This document shows positions 49,388-62,946 of a stretch of DNA of 64,000 nt, in pieces; the stretch's first letter is position 1; every line of letters starts with the position of its first letter. The position numbers and the translations under genes were made by a program. The notes below the pieces were generated by a model, which saw only the letters and a list, made by a program, of their open reading frames with translations, did no database searches and had not been told where the DNA came from. Source of the stretch: Malacoraja senta (Eukaryota); contig CM075988.1 of NCBI GenBank assembly GCA_038087875.1, forward strand, positions 25,546,001-25,610,000, written 5' to 3'.

Positions 49388-52347
49388 AAACATAGAAACA
49401 TAGAAAGTAGGTGCGAGAGTAGACCACCAGGCCCATCGAGCCCGCACCGCCATTCGCTCATGGCTGAACACTAAACAGACACCCTTACCCACAAACAGTA
49501 GACACAAGACACAGAACACAAGACACTACCCTCCCCTTTATATCGCTATCACCCCTCTCCACCCCAAGAACCGCGTGATCTCCTGGGGGAGGCAAAAAAC
49601 CGGATAAAAACCCAGGTCCAATTCGGGAAAAAAATCCGGGAAATTCCTCTCCGACCCCAATCCAGGCGATCGACACTTGTCCAGGAGATCACTCAGGTCT
49701 TACTATACTAACCATACCTAGGTCCATATCCCTGCCCTCTCCCCGTAGCCCCTTATCCCCTTGGCAGCTAAAAAACCATCTATTTTAGACTTAAATATAT
49801 TTAATGTTTCTGCTTCCACTGCTCCCTGGGGCAGTGAATTCCATAAATTAACCACCCTCTGGGTGAAGAAGTTCTTCCTCATCTCAGTTTTAAAAGAGCC
49901 CCCTCTTATTCTACAACTATGTCCCCTAGTTCTAGTTTCCCCGATCATTGGGAACATCCTCGGTGCATCCACCCGATCAAGGCCCCTCACGATCTTATAT
50001 GTTTCAATGAGATCGCCTCTCATTCTTCTAAACTCCAAAGAGTAGAGTTCCAGCCTACTTAACCTTTCCTCATATGTCAATCCCCTCATTGCAGGAATTA
50101 ATCTTGTAAACCTTCGCTGCACTGCCTCCAGGGCCAGTACATCCTTTCTTAAGTATGGACCCCAGAACTGTACACAGTATTCCAAATGTGGTCTCACTAA
50201 TACTGTGTACAGCTGCAGCAAGACCTCCGTGTTTTTATACTCAATCCCCCTAGCAATAAAGGCCAAAACTCCATTGGCCTTCCTGATTGCTTGCTGCACC
50301 TGCATACTAACTTTTAGTGATTCATGTACTACTACCCCTAGATCCCTTTGCGTTGCATTACAACGCAGCTCCACCTCATTTAGAAAATAACTTGCCCTAT
50401 CATTTTTTTTCCCAAAGTGAATGACTTCACATTTATTAGTATTAAATTTCATCTGCCAAGTTGTTGCCCACTCACCTAGCTTATCTATATCCTTTTGCAG
50501 ACTCTTCCTATCCTCCTCATCCCCTACTTTTCCTCCCATTTTTGTATCGTCCGCAAATTTTGATATATTACACTTGGTTCCCTCCTCCAAATCATTTATA
50601 TAAATTGTGAACAACTGGGGTCCCAGCACCGACCCTTGCGGAACCCCGCTAGTTACCGGTTGCCATCCCGAATATGAACCATTTATCCCCACTCTCTGCT
50701 TCCTATTTGTTAGCCAATCCTCTACCCATGCTAATATATTACCCCAATCCATAATTTTTTATTTTTAGCAATAGTCTCTTATGTGGCACCTTGTCAAAAG
50801 CCTTTTGGAAGTCCAAGTATACCACATCCACCGGTTCCCCTTTATCCACCCGGGTTGTTACTTCCTCAAAGAATTCGAGCAGATTCGTTAAACAGGACTT
50901 CCCCTTCACAAAACCATGCTGGTTCTGTCCGATGAAGTCATGTTTATCCAAGTGCCCCGTTAGTGTTTCTTTAATAATTGTCTCTAACATTTTACCCACC
51001 ACCGATGTTAGACTAACCGGTCTATAGTTACCCGCCTTCTGTTTACTTCCTTTTTTAAATATAGGTGTTACGTTGGCCATTTTCCAATCCACTGGACCGT
51101 TCCTGCCTCCAGGGAGTTTTGGAAAATTATCACCAATGCATCCACAATCCCCACCGCTATCTCCCTCAAGACCCTTGGATGTAATCCATCAGGCCCAGGG
51201 GATTTATCCTCCTTCAGTCTCATTAATTTCCCTAATACCACCTCCTTGGTGATCTTAATAGTATTTAGCTCCTCCATCCTACCGCCCCCTGTTTATCCAG
51301 CGTTGGAATATTTTTTGTGTCTTCTATGGTGAAGACTGATACAAAATACTCGTTTAATGCCTTTGCCATTTCCATGTTCCCCACCAACAACTCTCCAGTC
51401 TCACCCTCCAATGGACCAACGTTCACCTTAGCCACCCTTTTTCTTTTTATATAGCTATAAAAACTCTTACTATAGTTTTATGTTGTTCGCTAAATTCCTT
51501 TCATAGTCTATTTTCCCCGTCTTAATTAATCTCTTAGTTATTTTTTGCTGACCTTTAAATGCTTCCCAATCCTCTACCCTCCCACTATCTCTAGCTACCT
51601 TATATGCCCTTGCCTTCAGCCGAATACTATCCTTTATAGTTTTACTGAGCCATGGCTGACTGTTCTTTCCCTTACCCCTTTTTTTCTTCATAGGAATAAA
51701 TTTTTCTTGAAGGTTATACAGTAGATCCTTAAACGTACACCACTGCTCATGTACCGTCTTATTCTTGAGTCTGCTATCCCAGTCAACTTTGATCAGCTCA
51801 GTCCTCATACCTTCATAATCCCCCTTATTTAGACTAAGTACCCTAGCCTGAGTTTCAACCTGCTCCCCTTCTATTTGAATATGGAATTCGACCATATTGT
51901 GGTCACTTGTTCCCAACGAGTCCCTAACTATGACATTTTTAATTAATCCTGCTTCATTACACAGGACCAGATCCAAGATTGCCTCCCTCCTTGTCGGTTC
52001 TGTGACATACTGTTCTAGGAACCCGTCTCTAATACATTCTATAAACTCTTCCTCTAGTCTACCCTGCCCAGTTTGGTTTGCCCAATTAATATGAAAATTG
52101 AAGTCCCCCATGATTACAGCAGTTCCCTTTTTACATGCGTCAACTATTTGCAGATTTATGTTCTGACTAACAGCGTCACAGCTATTTGGAGGTCTATAAA
52201 TTACACCCACTAGTGTTTTTTTCCCCTTGTTATTCTCTATCTGTACCCAAGCTGTTTCACTATCCTGATCCTTCAACGCAATATCTTCCTCTCTATTGCC
52301 GTTATTCCCTCCCTTATTAAAAGGGCCACCCCTCCTCCCTTTCTTTC
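49388..52347 (-). mobile_element. CR1 LINE (distinct subfamily with a long 3'UTR), inserted after the duplication
   Basis: APE/RT ORF fragments 52276-49718, (TTTCTATG)n tail, and TSD CTATAG at 49382-49387 and 52348-52353. Empty site in unit B. Confidence 0.95.
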
Positions 52348-52923
52348 CTATAGTTAGTGTAGGATTTTGATCAACTGGGCCAATGGGCAGAGGAATGGCA
52401 GAAGGAATTTAATTCAGATTAACTTCCGCCGCAGATGCTGCCTGACCCTCTGAGTTATTCCAGTACCTCTCCTTTTCTTGCTTGGAATGTCATCATCTGT
52501 GGTCATTTATGCCTTCAAGGGTTGACTGTAACCGATCAGAGCGTTACACATCACAGAGACAAAACCACAAGCTTGTTAAACATACGGGAAGTCAGATTTG
52601 TCTTTTTAGCTTAGTTTAGAGATACAGCGCAGAAACAGGCCCTTCGACCCACCGGGTCCGCGCCGACCAGCGATCCCCGCACACACCAGAGACAATTTTC
52701 ACATTTACCAACCCAATTAACCTACATAGCTGCACGTCTTTGAAGTGTGGGAGGAAACCGAAGATCTCAGAGAAAACCCACGCCGGACATGGGGAGAACG
52801 TACAAACTCCGCACAGACAGGATCGAACTCCGTAGTCAGGATGGAACCCGGGTCTCCGGCGCTGCAAGCGCTGTAAGGCAGCAACTCTACCGCTGCGCCA
52901 CCGTGCCGCCCCTTGGCTAAGTG

Positions 52924-54136
52924 GTCCCACATAAGAGATTAGTATACAAACTTAAAGCACACGGTATTGGGGGTTCAGTATTGATGTGGATAGAGAACTG
53001 GCTGGCAAACAGGAAGCAAAGAGTAGGAGTAAACGGGTCCTTTTCACAATGGCAGGCAGTGACTAGTGGGGTACTGCAAGGCTCAGTGCTGGGACCCCAG
53101 CTATTTACAATATATTAATGAACTGGATGAGGGAATTGAAGGCAACATCTCCAAGTTTGCGGATGACACTAAGCTGGGGGGCAGTGTTAGCTGTGAGGAG
53201 GATGCTAGGAGACTGCAAGGTGACTTGGATAGGCTGGGTGAGTGGGGAAATGTTTGGCTGATGCAGTATAATGTGGATAAATGTGAGGTTATCCACTTTG
53301 GTGGCAAAAACAGGAAAGCAGACTATTATCTAAATGGTGGCCGATTAGGAAAAGGGGAGATGCAGCGAGACCTGGGTGTCATGGTACACCAGTCATTGAA
53401 AGTAGGCATGCAGGTGCAGCAGGCAGTGAAGAAAGCGAATGGTATGTTAGCTTTCATAGCAAAAGGATTTGAGTATAGGAGCAGGGAGGTTCTACTGCAG
53501 TTGTACAGGGTCTTGGTGAGACCACACCTGGAGTATTGCGTACAGTTTTGGTCTCCAAATCTGAGGAAGGACATTATAGCCATAGAGGGAGTGCAGAGAA
53601 GGTTCACCAGACTGATTCCTGGGATGTCAGGACTTTCATATGAAGAAAGACTGGATAGACTTGTGGCAACTGTGGTTGTTTAAAGTGCTTTATAAATAAA
53701 GTTATTATTATTATTATACTCGCTAGAATTTAGGAGATTGAGAGGGGATCTTATAGAAACGTACAAAATTCTTATGGGGTTGGACAGGCTGGATGCAGGA
53801 AGATTGTTCCCGATGTTGGGGAAGTCCAGGACAAGGGGTCACAGCTTAAGGATAAGGGGGAAAACCTTTAAGACCGAGATGAGAAAAAACTTTTTCACAC
53901 AGAGAGTGGTGAATCTCTGGAACTCTCTGCCACAGAGGGTAGTTGAGGCCAGTTCATTGGCTATATTTAAGAGGGAGTTAGATGTGGCCCTTGTGGCTAA
54001 GGGGATCAGGGGGTATGGAAGAAGGCAGGTACGGGATACTGAGTTGGATGATCAGCCATGATCGTATTGAATGGTGGTGCAGGCTCGAAGGGCCGAATGG
54101 CCTACTCCTGCACCTATTTTCTATGTATCTATGTAT
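52924..54136 (+). mobile_element. CR1 LINE 3' part, inserted after the duplication; contains a ~55-bp L2-tail-like insert near 53661-53716
   Basis: RT C-terminal motifs and TSD CTAAGTG at 52917-52923 and 54137-54143. Empty site in unit B. Confidence 0.95.
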
Positions 54137-55724
54137 CTAAGTGCCAGACTACAAACAGTTAATGTACAGGAAAGATTTCAGAAAGAGTCGCCCAGCTGAT
54201 TCCAAATGTCAGGGGAGTGACTGGAAACATGTGCATATTCTGGTCTTAATATTGCTTCTCATAATATATCTGATTTGGTGATAATCCAGCAATTAATATC
54301 ACTGCAGCAAATCCTCAGATTGATTTCCCAGCATATATACGCTATGACGAATGTTTCAAAATGCAGTTTAAGAAAATAACCCTGTTGTCACTCTGAAATA
54401 TTGCAGCATTCTTGGGATGAGTTTTGTTTTCTGTAGTTTATAGTAAGTTAGTTTAATTTATTGTCACGTGTACCGAGCTACAGTTACCTGCTAACCAGTC
54501 AGCAGAAAGACGGTACATGATTACAATTGAGCCATCCATTGTGTACAGACAAGCGATAAAAGGAATAACTAAATGTTCTGTAAACTGCTGTTGATATGTT
54601 AGAAATTATTTTTGCAAGACTTTTCAATTTGGATAATGTGACTATAAATAATGTTCAAACGTTTCCTGCTCGCTCATCAACTAATCTTTGCAGAAAGATG
54701 CTGCTTCCTGTAAATCCTGCCATGTCTCTATTTCATTAATACACACGGTGACATTAAGGTATACACTGCCTATTGTAAGGCCAAGATGATCAGAATTTGC
54801 AGTGGCATTGTCTGTCTCGTCCCTTCCTTCTCTGTTAGTTGTTTGTTTGTGTGTGTTAAATGTATGTTTTAGTGTTCCTTAGCTTGTGTTATGTGGGGAG
54901 GGGGGGGGGTTAGGGGAAACTTTTTTAAAGCCCTATCTAGCTCTCTCTTGAAAGCATCCAGAGAACCAGCCTCCACCGCCCTCTGAGGCAGAGAATTCCA
55001 CAGACTCACCACTCTCTGTGAGAAAAAGTGTTTCCTCGTCTCCGTTCTAAATGGCTTACTCCTTATTCTTAAACTGTGGCCCCTGGTTCTGGACTCCCCC
55101 AACATGGGGAACATGTTTCCTGCCTCTAGCGTGTCCAAGCCCTTAACAATCTTATATGTTTCAATGAAGGTAGATAGCTTCAATGGCTAGATGGCTTTAG
55201 TAAATGTAGATGACTTTAGTAAAGGGATTGGATTGTCTAGTTTGGGGGTCTGCGTATGTGATGGCCGGTGTTGTTTGTGGTCTTGTGTTGTTTGCGGGTT
55301 CCTCCTCACTCTCAGCAGCAGGGGTTCCCATCGGCACGGTTGTTCGGGGACGAGTCCTTGGTCCGTGATGCACGATACAACGGAAGAGACAATGATTTCG
55401 GCAAAGGTCAGCATCACTTTGTCAAATAGAAACCAACTTTTGGGGAATTCTTTCAAGCGATTACAGAACATGTGCTGTGATAAAGGAGAAATGGTGGTCA
55501 TATTCTACTTAGATGTACATAACACATTAGATGATATCCTGTGTCAACCCTATTGCAGAACTAAAAGTTTGTGGTGATGGAGATGATATCAGTGCAGTTT
55601 GCCTGGCTGATGAGAAATAGGCATAATTAGGTATTTTCCCGATAAACAGGAGACTGTGAATATTGCAGAATCATAATATCATGTAAGCAGGGCCCTTCAG
55701 CCCCACTCGCTCAGGGACGAGGCT

Positions 55725-56030
55725 ATCACTGGCGCAGCGGTAGAGTTGCTGCCTTACAGCGCCAGAGACCGGGGTTCGATCCTGACTGCGGGCGCTGTCA
55801 GTACGGAGTTTGCACGTTCTCCCCGTGACCTGCGTGGGTTTTCTCCGGAATCTCCGGTTTGCTCCCACACTCCAAAGACGTACAGGTTTGTAGGTTAATT
55901 GGCTTGGTAAACTTGTAAATTGTCCCTAGTGTGTGTAGAATAGTGTTAGTGGGCAGGGATCCCTGGCCTGTGCGGACACGGTGGGCCAAAGGGCCTGTTT
56001 CCCAGCTGTATCTGTAAACTAAACTAAACT
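55725..56030 (+). mobile_element. V-SINE (HE1/MER6-like); other copies on - at about 48781-49066, 52608-52910, 56231-56517, 57090-57393 and 63521-63920
   Basis: tggcgcagcggtagagttgctgcc (A box-like), ggttcgatcc (B box), V-domain-like core and (CTAAA)n tail. Confidence 0.85.
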
Positions 56031-58586
56031 TGTCACCATTTATGTAAATGTCAGATCAATGGTTGCGTTGGCTAATTGTTGCCTAATTTGCTGAAGAGAA
56101 AAGAAAAATTAAGTTTCAAAAAGGAGTTACGGTTATAAGGAGATTGAGATAATTGAAGTGAATGGGAAAGAATTTGCCAAATGGAGTATGGTGTGGGAAA
56201 ATGGACATTTACCACTTTTGGCATGAGAATTTAGTTTAGTTTAGAGATACAATGCGGAAACAGGCCCTTCAGCCCATCGAGGCCACGCCGACCAGCGATC
56301 CCCGTACACTAAGGACAATTTACAAGTTTACCGATGCCAATTAACCTACAAACCTGTACGTCTTTGGAGCGTGCGAGGAAACCAGAGATCCCGGAGAAAA
56401 CCCACGCAGGTCACGGGGAGAACGTACAAACTCCGTACACACAGCACCCATAGTCAGGATTGAACCCGGGTCTCTGGCGCAGTAAGGCAGCAACTCCACC
56501 GCTGCCCGCCTGTGCCAAACTACAAAAAGCATATTATGGAAATAGTGATGAAGAGTTGAGAACGTGGGATCTGGGGCGAGTTGGCCAAACTTTGGATACA
56601 ACAATGGCTTGAAGGTGGGATAGAGAGAGTGTTGGCCGAGGGTGTTTTTTCATCTTGGAGGCCTGTAACATGGTGTACCACAGTGATCAGTGCTGGATCC
56701 ACCGTTTGTCAATATTTATATTGATGACTTTGGAGGTGAATGTGGGTGGCATGTTAGTAAGTTTGTGGATGACACTAAAATCAGTGATATAGCAGACAAT
56801 CTAATTGTTCAAGTGAAGTATCTAGGTTATCTATAGTTAGTGTAGGATTTTGATCAACTGGGCCAATGGGCAGAGGAATGGCAGAAGGAATTTAATTCAG
56901 ATTAACTTCCGCCGCAGATGCTGCCTGACCCTCTGAGTTATTCCAGTACCTCTCCTTTTCTTGCTTGGAATGTCATCATCTGTGGTAACTTATGCCTTCA
57001 AGGGTTGACTGTAACCGATCAGAGCGTTACACATCACAGAGACAAAACCACAAGCTTGTTAAGCATACGAGAAGTCAGATTTGTCTTTTTAGCTTAGTTT
57101 AGAGATACAGCGCAGAAACAGGCCCTTCGACCCACCGGGTCCGCGCCGACCAGCGATCCCCGCACATACTAGAGACAATTTTCACATTTACCAAGCCAAT
57201 TAACCTACATAGCTGCACGTCTTTGAAGTGTGGGAGGAAACCGAAGATCTCAGAGAAAACCCACGCCGGACATGGGGAGAACGTACAAACTCCGTACAGA
57301 CAAGATCGAACTCCGTAGTCAGGATGGAACCCGGGTCTCCGGCACTGCAAGCGCTGTAAGGCAGCAACTCTACCGCTGCGACACCATGCCGCCCCTTGGC
57401 TAAGTGCCAGACTACAAACAGTTAATGTACAGGAAAGATTTCAGAAAGAGTTGCCCAGCTGATTCCAAATGTCAGGGGAGTGACTGGAAAACATGTGCAT
57501 ATTCTGGTCTTAATATTGCTTCTCATAATATATCTGATTTGGTGATAATCCAGCAATTAATATCACTGCAGCAAATCCTCAGATTGATTTCCCAGCATAT
57601 ATACGCTCTGACGAATGTTTCAAAATGCAGTTTAAGAAAATAACCCTGTTGTTACTCTGAAATATTGCAGCATTCTTGGGATGAGTTTTGTTTTCTGTAG
57701 TTTATAGTAAGTTAGTTTAATTTATTGTCACGTGTACCGAGCTACAGTTACCTGCTAACCAGTCAGCAGAAAGACGGGACATGATTACAATTGAGCCATC
57801 CATTGTGTACAGACAAGCGATAAAAGGAATAACTAAATGTTCTGTAAACTGCTGTTGATATGTTAGAAATTATTTTTGCAAGACTTTTCAATTTGGATAA
57901 TGTGACTATAAATAATGTTCAAACGTTTCCTGCTCGCTCATCAACTAATCTTTGCAGAAAGATGCTGCTTCCTGTAAATCCTGCCATGTCTCTATTTCAT
58001 TAATACACGCGGTGACATTAAGGTATACACTGCATATTGTAAGGCCAAGATGATCAGAATTTGCAGTGGCATTGTCTGTCTCGTCCCTTCCTTCTCTGTT
58101 AGTTGTTTGTTTGTGTGTGTTAAATGTATGTTTTAGTGTTCCTTAGCTTGTGTTACATGGGGTGGGGGGGGTGGGTTAGGGGAAACTTTTTTAAATCTCT
58201 TACCTCGACGGAGATGCAATTATTTTCCGTATCGTATACACGTCCGCACTGCGGCCTAACATTGAGGAGTTGGCGGCCTCTTGCTGGGGATCGACTTTAG
58301 GAGCTCCAACCGCGGGAGCCTGCGGACTTTAACATTGTGGAGCTCGTGGTCCCTGGTTAGAGACCGACTTCGGGAGCTCCAAGCCGCAGGAGCTTCGATC
58401 GCCCCGACGCGGGGGCTCCGATCGCCGGCTGCGGGAGCTCCGATGGCCCCGACTGCGCATGGTTCGTGTCCCCCGATCGCGGGAGAATAACGAGGAAGGA
58501 GATTGGACTTCATTGCCTTCCATCACAGTGGGGAATGTGGGGAATCCGCTGTGGTGGATGTTTGTCAACTTTTATGCAGTTGTGTA

Positions 58587-58993
58587 GCAAAGATCCTATA
58601 GCGGAGCAAGATAGACCACTCCTGCTAAATGCAATGGGCTGACGTGTAGTACGCAACGGAACGAAACGTGGACCTTTTTTTCATCCATTTCCGTAACCGG
58701 ACCCGACCCGACTCGCATGGTAATCAACGTTGCGGGGAAACAATTTCTGTTAATAAATTAAAATTCTGAAAATGAGGAGAAGATTTTTACCAAATAACTT
58801 TTATTTTTACGAGGATGTTTCCGTAACCGACTTCCGTCTCCGCACTAGTTATCTTTGCTCCGCTATGGGATCTTTGGTGTGGAGACGGAAGCCGGTTACG
58901 GAAATGGGGCCGAAAATGACCCATGAATCTGCCTTTGACCGTACTACATCTTTTTCGTCGAGTGATCTATCTAGCTCGCTATAGGATCTTTGC
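58587..58993. mobile_element. Non-autonomous DNA element (MITE) with ~28-bp imperfect TIRs, inserted in the GC-rich repeat
   Basis: GCAAAGATCCTATAGCGGAGCAAGATAGA ... TCTATCTAGCTCGCTATAGGATCTTTGC. Absent from the sister copy at 27230. Confidence 0.8.
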
Positions 58994-59852
58994 CTGTGTG
59001 TCTTGTTGCTTCTTTTTAGTGTGGCTGTATGGTAATTTGAGATTCACTGTATCTTAACGTTACAATAAACTGACCTTCGAGCCTTTGAAATGCTGTTTGA
59101 AGATATTACTGTGCAGTGTCTTCGGGCACTTTGCCAGCTGAAAGTTGCGACACATGCAGAATTTGGGTGAGAGGTTGTGATGCAGATCAGAACAAGAAAA
59201 GGCACATGGTGAGTTTGTAATCGGGTTATAGCGGACACTGTGTCCCTGAATGCCATTGTGACTCAAAATGACACTGCCATGGAAAATCCCATTCATATCA
59301 GCCTTTCATTAACCAACGTGTACATTGACATTGCAGCTGGACACAAAATGCTGGAGTAACTCAGAATGACAGACCTTCAGAAGCAGGGTCTCGACCCGAA
59401 ACGTCACCCATTACTTCTCTCCAGACATGCTGCTTGACCGGCTGAGTTACTCCAGCACTTTGTGTCTATCTTCGGTTTAAACCAGCATCTGCAGTTCCTT
59501 CCTTGATATCGCACTGTTCATGTTCATAAGTGATAGGAGCAGAATTAGGCCATTCGGCCCAACAAGTCTACTCCGCCATTCAATCACGGCAGAATTATCT
59601 CTTCTTTTTAACCCCATTCTCCTGCCTTCCGCCCATAATCCTGACACCCGTACCAATAAAGAATCAATCTGTCTCTCTGCCTTAAAAATATCCATTGCCT
59701 TGGCCTCCACCGCCGTCTGTGCCAATGAGTTCCAGCATGAACGAGTGAATTGAAACATATAAGGTTGTTAAGGGCTTGGACACGCTAGAGGCAGGAAACA
59801 TGTTCCTGATGTTGGGGGAGTCCAGAACCAGGGGCCACAGTTTAAGAATAAG

Positions 59853-61649
59853 TAGTTCTTAAGTAATTATTGAATTGGTCTGCCATGTCCTTGTTCCCCA
59901 TGATCAATTCAGAAACAGGTGAATTGATCATGGGGAACAAGGACATGGCAGGCCAATTGAATAACTACTTTGGTTCTGTCTTCACTAAGGAAGACATAAA
60001 TAATCTGCCGGAAATAGCAGGGGACCGGGGGTCAAAGGAGATGGAGGAACTGAGTGAAATTCAGGTTAGTCGGGAAGTGGTGTTAGGTAAATTGAATGGA
60101 TTAAAGGCCGATAAATCCCCAGGGCCAGATAGGCTGCATCCCAGAGTACTTAAGGAAGTAGCCCCAGAAATAGTGGATGCATTAGTGATAATTTTTCAAA
60201 ACTCTTTAGATTCTGGAGTAGTAGAGAGAAAACGGGGAATTACAGACCAGTTAGTCTAACATCGGTAGTGGGGAAACTGCTGGAATCAGTTACTAAAGAT
60301 GGGTTAGCAGCACATTTGGAAAGTGGTGAAATCATTGGACAAAGTCAGCATGGATTTATGAAAGGTAAATCATGTCTGATGAATCTTATAGAATTTTTTG
60401 AGGATGTAACTAGTAGAGTGGATAGGGGAGAACCAGTGGATGTGTTATATCTGGACTTTCAGAAGGCTTTCGACAAGGTCCCACATAAGAGATTAGTATA
60501 CAAACTTAAAGCACACGGTATTGGGGGTTCAGTATTGATGTGGATAGAGAACTGGCTGGCAGACAGGAAGCAAAGAGTAGGAGTAAACGGGTCCTTTTCA
60601 CAATGGCAGGCAGTGACTAGTGGGGTACCACAAGGCTCAATGCTGGGACCCCAGCTATTTACGATATATATTAATGATTTGGACGAGGGAATTGAATGCA
60701 ACATCTCCAGGTTTGCGGATGACACGAAGCTGGGGGGCAGTGTTAGCTGTGAGGAGGATGCTCGGAGGCTGCAAGGTGACTTGGATAGGCTGGGTGAGTG
60801 GGCAAATGCATGGCAGATGCAGTATAATGTGGATAAATGTGAGGTTATCCACTTTGGTGGCAAAAACAGGAAAGTAGACTATTATCTGAATGGTGGCCAA
60901 TTAGGAAAAGGGGAGATGCAACGAGACCTGGGTGTCATGGTACACCAGTCATTAAAAGTAGGCATGCAGGTGCAGCAGGCTGTGAAGAAGGCGAATGGTA
61001 TGTTAGCATTCATAGCAAAAGGATTTGAGTATAGGAGCAGGGAGGTTCTACTGCAGTTGTACAGGGTCTTGGTGAGACCACACCTGGAGTACTGCATACA
61101 GTTTTGGTCTCCTAATCTGAGGAAAGACATTCTTGCCATAGAGAGAGTACAGAGAAGGTTCACCGGACTGATTCCTGGGATGTCAGGACTTTCATATGAA
61201 GAAAGGCTGGATAGACTCGGTTTGTACTCGCTAGAATTTAGAAGATTGAGGGGGGATCTTATAGAAACGTACAAAATTCTTAAGGGGTTGGACAGGCTAG
61301 ATGCAGGAAGATTATTCCCGATGTTGGGGAAGTCCAGAACTAGGGGTCACAGTTTAAGGATAAGAGGGAAGTCTTTTAGGACCGAGATGAGAAAATCATT
61401 TTTTACACAGAGTGGTGAATCTGTGGAATTCTCTGCCACAGAGGGTAGTTGAGGCCAGTTCATTGGCTATGTTTAAGAGGGAGTTAGATGTGGCCCTTGT
61501 GGCTAAAGGGATCAGGGGGTATGGAGAGAAAGCAGGTACAGGATACTGAGTTGGATGATCAGCCATGATCATATTGAATGGCGGTGCAGGCTCGAAGGGC
61601 CGAATGGCCTACTCCTGCACCTATTTTCTATGTTTCTATGTTTCTATGT
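59853..61649 (+). mobile_element. CR1 LINE, 5'-truncated with an inverted 5' segment, nested in another CR1 3' fragment (about 59750-59852 and 61650-61940)
   Basis: 394-aa RT ORF. AATAAG repeated at 59847-59852 and 61650-61655. (TTTCTATG)n tail. Confidence 0.93.
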
Positions 61650-62714
61650 AATAAGGAGTAAGTCATTTAGAACGGAGACGAGTAAACACTTTTTCTCACT
61701 GAGAGTGGTGAGTCTGTGGAATTCTCTGCCTCAGAGGGTGGTGGAGGCAGGTTCTCTGGATGCTTTCAAGAGAGTGCTTGAAAGGGCTCTTGAAATTAGC
61801 GGAGTCAAGGGATATGGGGAGAAGGCAGGAACGAGGTACTGATTGGGGATGATCAGCCATGATCACATTGAATGGCGGTGCTGGCCCGAAGGGCCAAATG
61901 GCCTACTCCTGCACCTATTGTCTATTGTCTATTGTCTATTGAATTGGAGATGGGGTGGTTCATGAGATCCAGTCTATTAGAGATGCCTGTTCTCAGGTGG
62001 TACAAGTCTTAATTTAAGAAATAAAAGTCAGACATTACGGAATCTCTAACCTGCTGTACCATTCAGTAAGATCATGGCTAATTTTTACCCTCGATTCCAA
62101 TTTGCTTCATGATGTCCACAGCTCACACTTCCCACAAAGGTTTTGGGTAACACAACGAACAGAAAATCCGTGGCCAATCCACAGCAACTTGCTGGTATTG
62201 ATCGGGTTCCATGCTGCACGAGGGGTCACGATGCTGAACACATTGTGTGGCTCCTGTTACCCCACATTGTGGACGGACAAGTCGAATGGATCGGTCAAGC
62301 CCAGAAGGTTTGCTGACAGGAGGAGATGAAGAAAGCGAATGAAGGAACCATTGCTGGCTGCCGGCTTTTATGCGCTCTGACAACACTCTGGAGTTTGAGT
62401 CTGAAGAAGGGTCTCGACCCGAAATGTCACCCACTCCTTCTCTCCAGAGGTGCTGCCTGTCCCGCTGAGTTACTCCAGCATTTTGTGTCTATTTCTGGAG
62501 TCGAGGCCAGACTCCAGAGATCCACACACGGCGTTCAGACCTGTGCTTGAAATCCTGTATTGGTGAGCGGTGAAGTACTGAGGGACCAGTGTCCAGAGCA
62601 TGCTACACTGGGTGACGCCAGCTGAGGGAGTATTGCACTGTGGAAGATCAAGGTCTAATGTACAGTCCAGGGAATGCGGCATGCATGTGGAGTTGGTATT
62701 CAGAGAGTGTTAAA

Positions 62715-62946
62715 GAAGGAACTGCAGATGCTGGAAAATCGAAGGTACACAAAAATGCTGGAGAAACTCAGCGGGTGCAGCAGCATCTATGGAGCGAAGG
62801 AAATAGGTAACGTTTCGGGCCGAAACCCTTCTTCAGACTCAAACTCCAGAGTGTTGAAGAAGGGTTTCGGCCCGAAACGTTACCTATTTCCTTCGCTCCA
62901 TAGATGCTGCTGCACCCGCTGAGTTTCTCCAGCATTTTTGTGTACC
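62715..62946. mobile_element. Palindromic Penelope-derived element with a target-site duplication
   Basis: About 95-bp perfect inverted arms. TTCAGAGAGTGTTAAA at 62699-62714 and 62947-62962. Confidence 0.85.

Larger units (their letters stand above)
48383..58195 (+). repeat. Tandem segmental duplication: unit A about 48383-54927 (expanded by two LINEs), unit B about 54921-58195
   Basis: Near-identical blocks 48683-49387 = 56135-56836, 52348-52923 = 56831-57406, 54137-54927 = 57400-58195 and 48390-48682 = 54929-55214. Confidence 0.93.

Noticed and set aside
55315..55407. Exon-like open segment QQGFPSARLFGDESLVRDARYNGRDNDFGK with AG/GT ends
   Set aside because: No recognisable homology or partner exons, and it runs directly into degraded CR1 RT sequence.
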